Below, piece by piece: positions 8,833 to 17,383 of a stretch of 58,849 nt of DNA. Made by a program: the position numbers and the translations under genes. Source of the DNA: a bacterium (GTDB lineage Bacteria > Patescibacteriota > Minisyncoccia > Minisyncoccales > UBA10102); the NCBI GenBank assembly GCA_030647485.1, contig JAUSJT010000002.1, positions 1 through 58,849 on the forward strand. Reading direction: 5' to 3'. The notes below the pieces were generated by a model. It was not told the origin of the DNA. It was given only the letters and a program-made list of their open reading frames with translations, and did not search any database. Positions within the stretch are counted from its first letter, which is position 1. Every line of letters starts with the position of its first letter.

Positions 8833-9396
8833 TTAGCGTTTTGCTATCTTTAGCGCCTCTTTCACCTTTTCTTTCAGAGAGTCCAATCCTTGGGGGATTT
8901 GCGAGAGGGCCTCTTTTGCTTTTTGTCGAGAGAATCCCAGGGCAATCAAAGCGTCTATCGCATCATCATCTTCTTTTCCAGTTTCCTGCTTTAGTGTTTT
9001 TAATTTACCGGTAAGCTCTAAAATCACCTTCTGTATTTTCTTTTGCCCAATGCCGTGCACACCAGCAAAAAAAGAAGCATCTCCTTTTTCAATAGCTTCT
9101 CGCATTTGCTCTCTTGTCCCCAAGGAAGAAAGGCGAAGTGCAGCTTTAGGCCCAATCCCAGAAATGCCCTTGAGGGTTTCAAACAGCTCCAGCATCTCGG
9201 GGGATTCTACTCCGTACAATTCCAGGGTTTCGTCTTGGCGGATATGCAGAGAACAGTAGAGTTCTGATGCGCTGCCCACAGGAAAAGAATTGATCAAGTT
9301 AGCTGCTAAGAATATCTTGTACCCTACCCCTCCGGTGTCTGTTATGATATAGTCGGGGCCTCGGGCAATAACCGTGCCCTTGATGTACGAAATCAT
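8833..9396 (-). CDS. ruvA: Holliday junction branch migration protein RuvA
   Basis: MISYIKG, GVGYKI, ISGIGPKAAL, GIGQKK, ALIALGFS. Confidence 0.95.
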   Translation of the reverse strand: MISYIKGTVIARGPDYIITDTGGVGYKIFLAANLINSFPVGSASELYCSLHIRQDETLELYGVESPEMLELFETLKGISGIGPKAALRLSSLGTREQMREAIEKGDASFFAGVHGIGQKKIQKVILELTGKLKTLKQETGKEDDDAIDALIALGFSRQKAKEALSQIPQGLDSLKEKVKEALKIAKR

Positions 9397-9400
9397 GTCC

Positions 9401-9424
9401 TACGAATTACGAATATATACGAAT
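9401..9424. repeat. Heptamer repeat TACGAAT x3 in the ruvA/uvrB divergent spacer
   Basis: Units at 9401, 9408 and 9418. Confidence 0.8.
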
Positions 9425-9439
9425 TATACTCCGTAGTAA

Positions 9440-11470
9440 ATGAAATTCAAACTGGTATCGAATTTCCGTCCCACGGGCGATCAGCCCCAGGCAATTGAGA
9501 AACTAGAGGCGAACATCCAAAAGGGACTGCGCCACCAGGTGCTTTTGGGCGTGACAGGCTCTGGGAAAACCTACACCATGGCTTCCCTCATTGAGAAAGC
9601 GCAAAAGCCCGCCCTTATCATATCCCCAAACAAAACCCTAGCTGCCCAGCTCTACCAGGAGTTCAAAGAGTTCTTCCCCAATAACGGCGTGCATTACTTT
9701 GTCTCCTACTATGACTACTACCAGCCCGAGGCATACATACCCCAATCTGATACATATATAGAAAAGGATGCCAAGATAAACGAGGTGCTAGACCGGCTTC
9801 GCCATGAAGCGGTGCAAGACGTATTATCAAGAAAAGACGCGATCGTGGTGGCCTCTGTCTCTTGCATATACAATATCGGCTCTCCTGAAGAATACCAGCG
9901 GGTTGCCCTTAAAATACAGCAGGGCCAGAAGATAACGAGAAGAGAACTTCTACGACATATCACCTCTCTCCAATATCAAAGAAACGACACTGACTTCAAG
10001 CCAGGGACCTTTCGCGCCAGGGGGGATGTTATAGAAATCTTTTTGGTCACAGGAAAAGAAATCCTCACCATAGAGTTTAAGGGAGACACCATTGAAAGCA
10101 TCCAAACTACGCAAGATCTCTTGCGCTCTTTGCCTATCCCACTTTCTCAATGCACGCTCTACCCTGCGAAATTCTGGGTCACTCCCCAGGAAAAACTCTT
10201 CATCGCGCTAGCTAATATACGATTGGAGCTCCAAGAGCAATTACAGTATTTAAAGAAGCAAAACAAGCTAGTGGAAGCCCAGCGCTTGGAACAAAGAACC
10301 ATGTATGACTTAGAGATGATTGAGGAATCGGGATACTGCCACGGCATTGAAAACTACTCACGGCACTTTGAGTTCCGGGATCCGGGAACTCCTCCCTTCA
10401 CCCTCCTAGACTACTTTGGGGACGACTTTCTCATTTTTATTGATGAAAGCCACCTTACCCTTTCCCAGTTAAAGGCAATGTCTGTGCAAGATAAAATCAG
10501 AAAGCAGTCTCTCATACAATACGGCTTTCGGCTCCCATCTGCACAGGACAACCGTCCCCTTACTTTCTCTGAGTTCTTTACGAAAGCAAAGAAACTCGTA
10601 TACGTTTCAGCTACCCCGGGAGAGTATGAAACAGATCTAGCAATGCAGCAAAAAGACGGAGGACTAAACGCCATAGTAGAACAGGTCGTACGCCCCACTG
10701 GACTCTGCGAACCTACAATAGAAATACGAAAGACCGCCAACCATATGCAAAATCTTATAAAAGAGCTCCGGAGGGTGACAGAAAACCATCAGCGCGCCCT
10801 GGTTGTCACGGTCACCAAGCGCCTCGCAGAAGACATCGCAGACTACCTCACCCTGCACTCTATCAAAACCCAATGGATTCATTCTGAACTCAAAACCCTA
10901 GAGCGCCCCGCTCTTCTGGAAGACTTGCGAAGAGGAAACGTTGACGTTCTTGTCGGGGTAAACCTTCTACGAGAAGGACTTGATCTCCCCGAGGTATCCC
11001 TGGTTGCAATCTTAGACGCAGACAAAGAAGGGTTCTTGAGGAACGCGACAACGCTCATACAAACCATGGGAAGGGCGGCCAGACATCCTGAAGGAAGAGT
11101 TATCCTGTATGCAGATACGATAACTCTGTCTATGAAAGCTGCCTTGCAAGAAGTGGAAAGGAGAAGAAAAATACAAGAACGGTACAATAAAGAACACGGC
11201 ATTACTCCCCAGGCAATTGTGAAAGCGATACGAGAATGGCCCTTCCCGCAAAAACAAAAGAGCGTGAGCGTAGAACTTTCCCAGATGACTGACGTTGCGC
11301 TCTTGGAGCACGAGATGAAAGAGGCTGCCTCATCCCTAGATTTTGAACGGGCAGTACAGATACGAGACTTGATTAAAAAAGCAAAGGGTGGTATAGAAAC
11401 TTCATATGCCAATCACCACATCAGCAAAGAAGGCTCTAAGACAGAGCAAAAAGAGAGGCGCAAGAAATAA
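9440..11470 (+). CDS. uvrB: Excinuclease ABC subunit B
   Basis: PTGDQPQAI, LGVTGSGKT, YFVSYYDYYQPEAY, IDESH, LLREGLDLPEV, C-terminal UVR motif. Confidence 0.97.
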   Translation: MKFKLVSNFRPTGDQPQAIEKLEANIQKGLRHQVLLGVTGSGKTYTMASLIEKAQKPALIISPNKTLAAQLYQEFKEFFPNNGVHYFVSYYDYYQPEAYIPQSDTYIEKDAKINEVLDRLRHEAVQDVLSRKDAIVVASVSCIYNIGSPEEYQRVALKIQQGQKITRRELLRHITSLQYQRNDTDFKPGTFRARGDVIEIFLVTGKEILTIEFKGDTIESIQTTQDLLRSLPIPLSQCTLYPAKFWVTPQEKLFIALANIRLELQEQLQYLKKQNKLVEAQRLEQRTMYDLEMIEESGYCHGIENYSRHFEFRDPGTPPFTLLDYFGDDFLIFIDESHLTLSQLKAMSVQDKIRKQSLIQYGFRLPSAQDNRPLTFSEFFTKAKKLVYVSATPGEYETDLAMQQKDGGLNAIVEQVVRPTGLCEPTIEIRKTANHMQNLIKELRRVTENHQRALVVTVTKRLAEDIADYLTLHSIKTQWIHSELKTLERPALLEDLRRGNVDVLVGVNLLREGLDLPEVSLVAILDADKEGFLRNATTLIQTMGRAARHPEGRVILYADTITLSMKAALQEVERRRKIQERYNKEHGITPQAIVKAIREWPFPQKQKSVSVELSQMTDVALLEHEMKEAASSLDFERAVQIRDLIKKAKGGIETSYANHHISKEGSKTEQKERRKK

Positions 11471-11684
11471 GCAGGTGCGCGTGAAGGTAAGGGACGTGAT
11501 CAAGGAAATGCGCACACTGATCTCTCAGAAAAAAATAGAAGAGGCGCGGCTCCTCCTCCCCAAACTCTACAAAACCTTAGATAAGGCGGCGAAGGTTGGC
11601 GTAATGAAAAAGAATACGGTCTCGAGAAAGAAATCCCGCATTACCCTATCACTCACCAAGGACAAACCAGGAAAGAGCGCGTGA
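11406..11684 (+). CDS. rpsT: 30S ribosomal protein S20
   Basis: MPITTSAKKALRQ...LDKAAKVGVMKKNTVSRKKSR. Confidence 0.95.
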   Translation: MPITTSAKKALRQSKKRGARNKQVRVKVRDVIKEMRTLISQKKIEEARLLLPKLYKTLDKAAKVGVMKKNTVSRKKSRITLSLTKDKPGKSA

Positions 11685-12584
11685 AGGTTCCATACTCCCG
11701 GTTTTGAGTCCAAGCTCAATATCAAAAATCCTCCTCAACCCTTTTTTCAACTCTGCTAAAGAGAAGTTTTTTGTAGCTTCCCACGTTTTTTTCACCACAT
11801 AGGGATGCAACTTTGTCTTTTTCACAATATCATTATAGGAAAAATGAAGTTCTGCCATTTCCTTCACCGCCAGAAGGGCTCGGAATTGGAATCCTAGTGT
11901 AGAAAGAATGCGCAAGGGGTGGTCTCCATGCTTTTCATGATTCGCAAGCAATGCCAATGCCTGCTTTGCATTTCTGGCGGAAAGCGCATCTATGGTCGCA
12001 AAAATCTCGCTCTCCACCACGGGTTCCACCAAATCTTCAATATCATGCCTTGAAAGAGTAGATCCCTTGGAGTACGAGACGAGCTTTGCAATTTCATTGG
12101 AAAGGCGCCACAGGTCGTTCCCCACTGCCTCTGCTAATGCGCTCTGCGCCTCGAATGAAATCTTGACCCCGTAGCGCAGGAACTCTTGCGCAACCCAAGA
12201 GGTCAAGCTTCTTTGAGAAAGAGGAGAAAACTCCTGTATTCTCCCGTGGGCCTTGAGGAAAACAAAAAGAGCGTCTTTCTCCTCACAGCTTCCATCTTGA
12301 GAGAACACAAGAACCTGGGGCGTCTTTACTAACTCCTCTTTGTATCTCAAAAGCTGCTCTGCGATTTCTTGCGCGGAGAACGGATTCTCCAGGACGACAA
12401 GTTTCTTTTCTCCAAACAATGAAACCCCGCGTATTTCCTGGAGAACCTCTTGCATGTCTGCTTGTAAACAGTCAAACACGCGCACATAGAATTTCTCTTT
12501 GTGCAGACTGAGATAGCGCTCCTTGATTTCTTGAAGCTTCCGTGCTTTCAGGAACGATTCTTCCCCATGCAGCAGCAAAAGCAT
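11649..12584 (-). CDS. holA: DNA polymerase III delta subunit
   Basis: LLHGEESFL, VSLFGEKKLVVL, GNDLWRLSNEIAKL, LHPYVVKK, LKTGS. Confidence 0.9.
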   Translation of the reverse strand: MLLLLHGEESFLKARKLQEIKERYLSLHKEKFYVRVFDCLQADMQEVLQEIRGVSLFGEKKLVVLENPFSAQEIAEQLLRYKEELVKTPQVLVFSQDGSCEEKDALFVFLKAHGRIQEFSPLSQRSLTSWVAQEFLRYGVKISFEAQSALAEAVGNDLWRLSNEIAKLVSYSKGSTLSRHDIEDLVEPVVESEIFATIDALSARNAKQALALLANHEKHGDHPLRILSTLGFQFRALLAVKEMAELHFSYNDIVKKTKLHPYVVKKTWEATKNFSLAELKKGLRRIFDIELGLKTGSMEPSRALSWFVLGE

Positions 12585-12949
12585 TATTTAAGGATTGACT
12601 TGATCTTGGTCAAAATCTCTCCTGGAGTGAAATGCGCCTTTATAAGATAATCTGCGGCGCCAAGATTCATGCCGCGTTCCACGTCATCTTTCTGCCCCAA
12701 GTTTGAGAGAATAATCACGGGGATGCTGGAGGTTTCGGGATTCTCTTTCACCTGGCGGAGTACCTCAAATCCGTCGATACCAGGCAGGATAAGATCGAGC
12801 AACATTAAATCCGGCTTCTCTTCTTTTGCCTTTGCGACGCCCTCTTCCCCACTCACAGCTTCCACTACAAGGTACCCTTCTTTGAGCACCTTTTGGGTAA
12901 TGAGGTCTCGGAGAAACTTATCATCTTCTACGATAACGATTTTTGCCAT
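12584..12949 (-). CDS. Stand-alone response regulator (receiver only)
   Basis: IVEDD, LLDLILPGIDG (phospho-Asp), ILSN, YLIK; no output domain. Confidence 0.92.
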   Translation of the reverse strand: MAKIVIVEDDKFLRDLITQKVLKEGYLVVEAVSGEEGVAKAKEEKPDLMLLDLILPGIDGFEVLRQVKENPETSSIPVIILSNLGQKDDVERGMNLGAADYLIKAHFTPGEILTKIKSILK

Positions 12950-12981
12950 ACTATTTGCAGCTATGTAATTATGAAAGATGC

Positions 12982-14010
12982 CTAGCGCAAGGGAAGCGCC
13001 ATGCGAAAATCGCTTCCCTTGTGCTCTTCTGAAACAAACCAGATTCTCCCGCCATGCGCCTCCACAATGTTTTTTGCAAGATAGAGGCCGAGTCCCGTCC
13101 CTATTTTACCAAGTTTTTTCGCATTTGTCGCACGGAAAAACTGTTCAAAGATTCTTGCTTGCTCTTCTTTAGGGATTCCAATGCCTGTATCTTGAACCGC
13201 AACCCCCACTTCTTTTGTATCAGAAAAGAAGGAAGCTGTCACCCTGCCACCAGGGGGAGTATAGTGAATGGCGTTCCCGACAAGACTCTGAATGGCAAGC
13301 TTTATTTTCTCTTCATCGACAAGCACCTTGGGGAGCGGTTCTGGCGGCGGCAGGATCTCCAATGTAATCTTCTGGCGGCTCGCCTCTTCTGCGTGCAGCT
13401 CTACGATAGATACGCACATGTCTTCAATCTGTACTAAGGAGAGGTTGGAAAGGTATTTTCCTTCTTCAATTTTTGTAATGTCTAGGAGATTGCCGATGAG
13501 CGTGATCATACCTTCATTTGATGCATATGTTTTTTGAAGAAGTTCCTTTTGAGTCGCAGAGAGGGTGCCCCTTTCCCCATCAAGAATCACCTGCAGTGCC
13601 CACTTCACTTCCACCAAGGGGGTGCGTAACTGATGGGCGGCAAGCGACAGGAATTCCGTTCTCAACCTATCCACGCGCTTCTCTTTTTCAGATACCGACT
13701 CAAGGTGCGATATCATTGCATTGAGCGCCAGGCCAAGTTCTTGCATCTCCTGGGTGGGGAGCAACCCTACACGCGTTCGAAAATCACCCTCCCCAACTTT
13801 TCCCATGATGCTGCGGATTCTCTGAAGCGGGGATATAATCCCCCTCGTCATTAAGAACACGAGTATGGCCACCGCTTCCAGATTAACCACGGCAACCAGC
13901 AAAAGCGGTATGGTGAATTCTCGTCCAATGGCAAAATAAAAAGCAACTGCGCTTGCCAGCGCAAGAAGCAGTGCCACAACACTGACGACAAATTGGAGAG
14001 AGAATCTCAT
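12982..14010 (-). CDS. Sensor histidine kinase (TM-HAMP-HisKA-HATPase)
   Basis: Two N-terminal TM helices, HAMP-like segment, AAHQLRTPL, NAIHYT, DTGIGIP, GTGLGL. Confidence 0.93.
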   Translation of the reverse strand: MRFSLQFVVSVVALLLALASAVAFYFAIGREFTIPLLLVAVVNLEAVAILVFLMTRGIISPLQRIRSIMGKVGEGDFRTRVGLLPTQEMQELGLALNAMISHLESVSEKEKRVDRLRTEFLSLAAHQLRTPLVEVKWALQVILDGERGTLSATQKELLQKTYASNEGMITLIGNLLDITKIEEGKYLSNLSLVQIEDMCVSIVELHAEEASRQKITLEILPPPEPLPKVLVDEEKIKLAIQSLVGNAIHYTPPGGRVTASFFSDTKEVGVAVQDTGIGIPKEEQARIFEQFFRATNAKKLGKIGTGLGLYLAKNIVEAHGGRIWFVSEEHKGSDFRMALPLR

Positions 14011-16262
14011 GGCGTTTTAACCCCAACCCTTTCCATACTCCCCCAAGTGGGTCCTGTCTTTACTTGAACTACCAGGGGCACTGAAAGTTGGATGATTTCT
14101 TCCATAATCTGCTTAATCTTTAGCGCGCTTTCCTTTACTATATCATCCGCTATCTCGAACAGCAATTCATCATGTATTTGCAAAAGCATGCGGCACCTGT
14201 CGCTTTCGCATTCCTGAAAGACTTTCACCATTGCCATTTTCATAATATCCGCCGCTGTCCCCTGTATGGGGAGGTTGACTGCCGCGCGCTCGGCGGCAGC
14301 CCGTATCGGAGGGGTAAAAGAGTGGATATCCGGGAGATACCTCTTTCGCCCAAAAAGCGTTTCCGTGTACCCTTTCTCTTTTACGAACTCCTTGGTCTGT
14401 TCAATATATGAGGCAATCTTAGGAAAACGCATAAAGTAGTCGTCTATAAACTGCTGGGCCTCTTCTAAAGGAATCCTTGCTGACGAGGCAAATCCCCTGG
14501 CGCCCATGCCGTACAAGACCCCAAAGTTTAATGCTTTTGCGCGATATCTCATCTCGTCTGACACCTGATCTACTGGTATACCAAACACTTCCGAAGCAGT
14601 CATGCGGTGTATATCCTCATTGGCTTGGAAAATCTTTTGCATCTTTCCCTCTTTTGCAATATGAGCAGCCAAGCGCAATTCCATTTGAGAATAGTCAAAA
14701 GAAACTAGCTGGCATCTGGCAGCGCAAACAAATCCTCTTCGCACCTTCTTCCCCCATTCCCCCTGCAAGGGGATGTTCTGAAGATTAGGGCTCACAGAAG
14801 ACAATCTGCCTGTTTCAGCTCCGAACTGTTCAAAATGCGTATGCACCCTCCCTTTCTTATCTGCAAGCAAAGGAAGGGGCGCCACGTACGTATTCAAAAG
14901 CTTGGAAAGCTCTCGAAAGTTCAGCACTTCCTGGATTATGGGATGCAGGGATTTTATCTTTTCTAATTCAGGGGAGGCAGTAGAAACAATGCCGCCCGGA
15001 GTCTTGTGCATGCCCTTGGGAGAAAGCAAGAGCTTCTCAAAAAGCACAACAGACAATTGCCTGGGAGAACTGACGTTGAACACGCTTTCTGATAATTCAA
15101 ATATTTTAGATCCCGCCTTTGCCAGCTCTTTTCTTATATCTTTCTCCAATGCCACAAAGTATTCCTTGTTAACGGCAATACCCGTTTTTTCCATGGCTCT
15201 CAACACAGGAGTAAGTTTGCGCTCAACCTCTGCTATTTCTTTGGAAAGTACGCCATCTCGTTCAAGTTGTTCAATAACAGCTGACTGATCGCCTTCTTCC
15301 TGTTTTTTTGTCTCGCTGCGCGAGATCCCGCGGAGCGGGACACCCTCGTGAAGTTCGGGGAGCCGCAGAATCAAACTGCGAAATCCAAAAGACCGGAACA
15401 GTTGTTCCGCATCTTTCTCATTAAAGTCTTTCCAGGCAAGATCAGAAAGCTTGAATTCAATGGGAGCGTGCCGTTCTATGAGCGCCAACTCCCTGCTTAT
15501 AGACGCCTGGTCTTTGTACTGGAGGAGCATATCTCTTAATCTCGGTTTTAAAGACTTGGCGTTCTCGGTGTTCTCTTGCAATTCCTGGTAGATGTTTTCC
15601 AAAGACCCAAACTGCAGCAAAAGCGCAATCGCTGTCTTTTCTCCAATGCCCGTAACGCCGGGGATATTGTCTGAAGGGTCCCCGCGGAGAGCCTTGTAGT
15701 CTACGAGTTGCGCTGGACGCAAACCTCCAAATCTTTTCTCCACGGCTTTCTCGTCATACAGCACCGAGTCCTGTATACCCTTGCGCAATGCATACGCCTT
15801 AGTGCGCGTATCCACTAACTGAAATACATCTGCGTCTCCGCTCAAGATAATGGTTTCAAGCGGGGGCTGAACCTGCTTTCTGGGAGCCTGCAGGGAAATG
15901 GTGCCGATAATGTCGTCTGCTTCAAACCCCTCTTTCTCATACACTGGCACATGAAAGGCAGCCAGCACCTTCTTTACTAAAGGCATTTGGTTATACAGCT
16001 CGTCTGGGGCTTTTTCGCGCTTTGCCTTGTAGGCCTTGAACTTTTTATCCCTGAAAGTTGGGCCTGCAACGTCAAAGGCAGCGGCAACGTAGTCTGGTTT
16101 GAATTCTTTTATCGCTTTGAAAAAAGCCAAGCAAAATCCATATACCGCATTCACCATTTCTCCCGTAGAGGTTGTTAAAGATGAAGGAAGCGCATGAAAA
16201 GCACGGTGGATGAGAGAGTTAGCGTCAATCAAAAGGAGGCGTTTTTTCTTTCCTGTTCTCAT
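14007..16262 (-). CDS. polA: DNA polymerase I (5'-3' nuclease + polymerase; proofreading domain apparently absent)
   Basis: LLIDANSLIHRAFHA, EADDIIGT, GDPSDNIPGVTGIGEKTA, DYSQMELR, AKALNFGVLYG, LQIHDEL; 751 aa with a very short linker. Confidence 0.95.
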   Translation of the reverse strand: MRTGKKKRLLLIDANSLIHRAFHALPSSLTTSTGEMVNAVYGFCLAFFKAIKEFKPDYVAAAFDVAGPTFRDKKFKAYKAKREKAPDELYNQMPLVKKVLAAFHVPVYEKEGFEADDIIGTISLQAPRKQVQPPLETIILSGDADVFQLVDTRTKAYALRKGIQDSVLYDEKAVEKRFGGLRPAQLVDYKALRGDPSDNIPGVTGIGEKTAIALLLQFGSLENIYQELQENTENAKSLKPRLRDMLLQYKDQASISRELALIERHAPIEFKLSDLAWKDFNEKDAEQLFRSFGFRSLILRLPELHEGVPLRGISRSETKKQEEGDQSAVIEQLERDGVLSKEIAEVERKLTPVLRAMEKTGIAVNKEYFVALEKDIRKELAKAGSKIFELSESVFNVSSPRQLSVVLFEKLLLSPKGMHKTPGGIVSTASPELEKIKSLHPIIQEVLNFRELSKLLNTYVAPLPLLADKKGRVHTHFEQFGAETGRLSSVSPNLQNIPLQGEWGKKVRRGFVCAARCQLVSFDYSQMELRLAAHIAKEGKMQKIFQANEDIHRMTASEVFGIPVDQVSDEMRYRAKALNFGVLYGMGARGFASSARIPLEEAQQFIDDYFMRFPKIASYIEQTKEFVKEKGYTETLFGRKRYLPDIHSFTPPIRAAAERAAVNLPIQGTAADIMKMAMVKVFQECESDRCRMLLQIHDELLFEIADDIVKESALKIKQIMEEIIQLSVPLVVQVKTGPTWGSMERVGVKTP

Positions 16263-16732
16263 TGTATAGCTATGCTTCGCTTGTTCTTACCCCCGTGCCC
16301 AAATTGAATCCAGAGGGTATCCTTAGGAAGAATCTTTCTGATGCGGTCTGCCCACTCTATCGCCACGATGGCTCGTGAATCTGCAATAATCTTTTTAAAT
16401 CCTAGGTGAAGAAGCTCTTTCGCGGGGTTATCCAATCTATAGCAGTCTATATGGTAGAGATATCTAGTTTTTAGTTTATAGTTTTTAGTTTTTAGTGCCT
16501 TCGGAATTTTGAATCCTTTCATAATAATAAACGTGGGACTCAAGATTCTTTCCTTGATTCCTAGGCCCTTTGCGAACCCCTGGACAAACGCGGTCTTGCC
16601 GCTCCCCAGCTCCCCTGCCAATGCAAGCACCCGTGCGCCCTTTACGGACTGAACCTCCAAGAGAGTCTCTGCAAGAGCTTTTGCGATGTTTTTTGTCTGC
16701 CGCAGAGAGGAAGAAATGATTGACTTTCTCAT
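16259..16732 (-). CDS. tsaE: tRNA t6A biosynthesis ATPase TsaE
   Basis: LAGELGSGKTAF, SPTF, HIDCYRL, IEWAD. Confidence 0.93.
   Translation of the reverse strand: MRKSIISSSLRQTKNIAKALAETLLEVQSVKGARVLALAGELGSGKTAFVQGFAKGLGIKERILSPTFIIMKGFKIPKALKTKNYKLKTRYLYHIDCYRLDNPAKELLHLGFKKIIADSRAIVAIEWADRIRKILPKDTLWIQFGHGGKNKRSIAIQ
16465..16495. repeat. Heptamer tandem repeat (TAGTTTW)x4 inside tsaE
   Basis: TAGTTTT TAGTTTA TAGTTTT TAGTTTT TAG; encodes LKTKNYKLKT. Confidence 0.85.
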
Positions 16733-16764
16733 GCAAAAAAGCTAACGTAAAATTACCAATATGG

Positions 16765-16848
16765 ACCCCGTTAGAAATTGCTTTTATCAAGGGATTTAAA
16801 CAAGGACACGGTCATCAAAACGTATACTATGAATATTTCTAACGGGGT
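16765..16848. repeat. 84-bp element with 14-bp terminal inverted repeats, copy 1
   Basis: ACCCCGTTAGAAAT (16765-16778) / ATTTCTAACGGGGT (16835-16848). Confidence 0.8.
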
Positions 16849-17383
16849 GGATACTCCAAAGAAAGAAAAAACGTTTGTAGTATCCCTCAAAGGCGTAGCT
16901 CCATGGATTTCCCAGGTGCGCTACAATAAAGACGAAAAGGATCTCAAGCTGTATTTCACTATCATTGTAGGGGATGAAACAGGCCTACACAAGAGTGAGA
17001 TTGCGCAGCTTCCCTTAGAAGCAACGTCCCTCCCGGCACTTTCGGGGAGACTTTTAACTAAGCTCGAACTCCTGGAGGGCAAGAATCTGTACATGGCCGC
17101 CATTTCAAAGAATGAATGGCAAGAATGTCAGGCAAGCACTCAGGCCCTGAAAGAGGGCGTGAGACATGTCCAGGATTACATAGGGGAACAGGCCTCTTTG
17201 CTTTTGTTATACGAGGAACCAGGCTCTCCGCATCCTAAGGGGCTTCTGTGGACAAAAAGGAAGGAGTTCCAGGAAACAGTGCAGAATATAGGGACCGGGC
17301 TCCAAAAAGGAGACTGGACGCTGCTCTCCTTTCCTAATCAAAAAATCGAGGCCATACCAAGCCGTATCCGCCAGACGTTATGA
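16829..17383 (+). CDS. Hypothetical protein
   Basis: ATG at 16829; stop overlaps the ATPase start (ATGA). N-terminal ISNGV is encoded by the repeat's right arm. Confidence 0.65.
   Translation: MNISNGVDTPKKEKTFVVSLKGVAPWISQVRYNKDEKDLKLYFTIIVGDETGLHKSEIAQLPLEATSLPALSGRLLTKLELLEGKNLYMAAISKNEWQECQASTQALKEGVRHVQDYIGEQASLLLLYEEPGSPHPKGLLWTKRKEFQETVQNIGTGLQKGDWTLLSFPNQKIEAIPSRIRQTL

Noticed and set aside
10110-10125. CGCAAGA-TC-TCTTGCG palindrome inside uvrB
   Set aside because: Short and single; insufficient evidence of an insertion.
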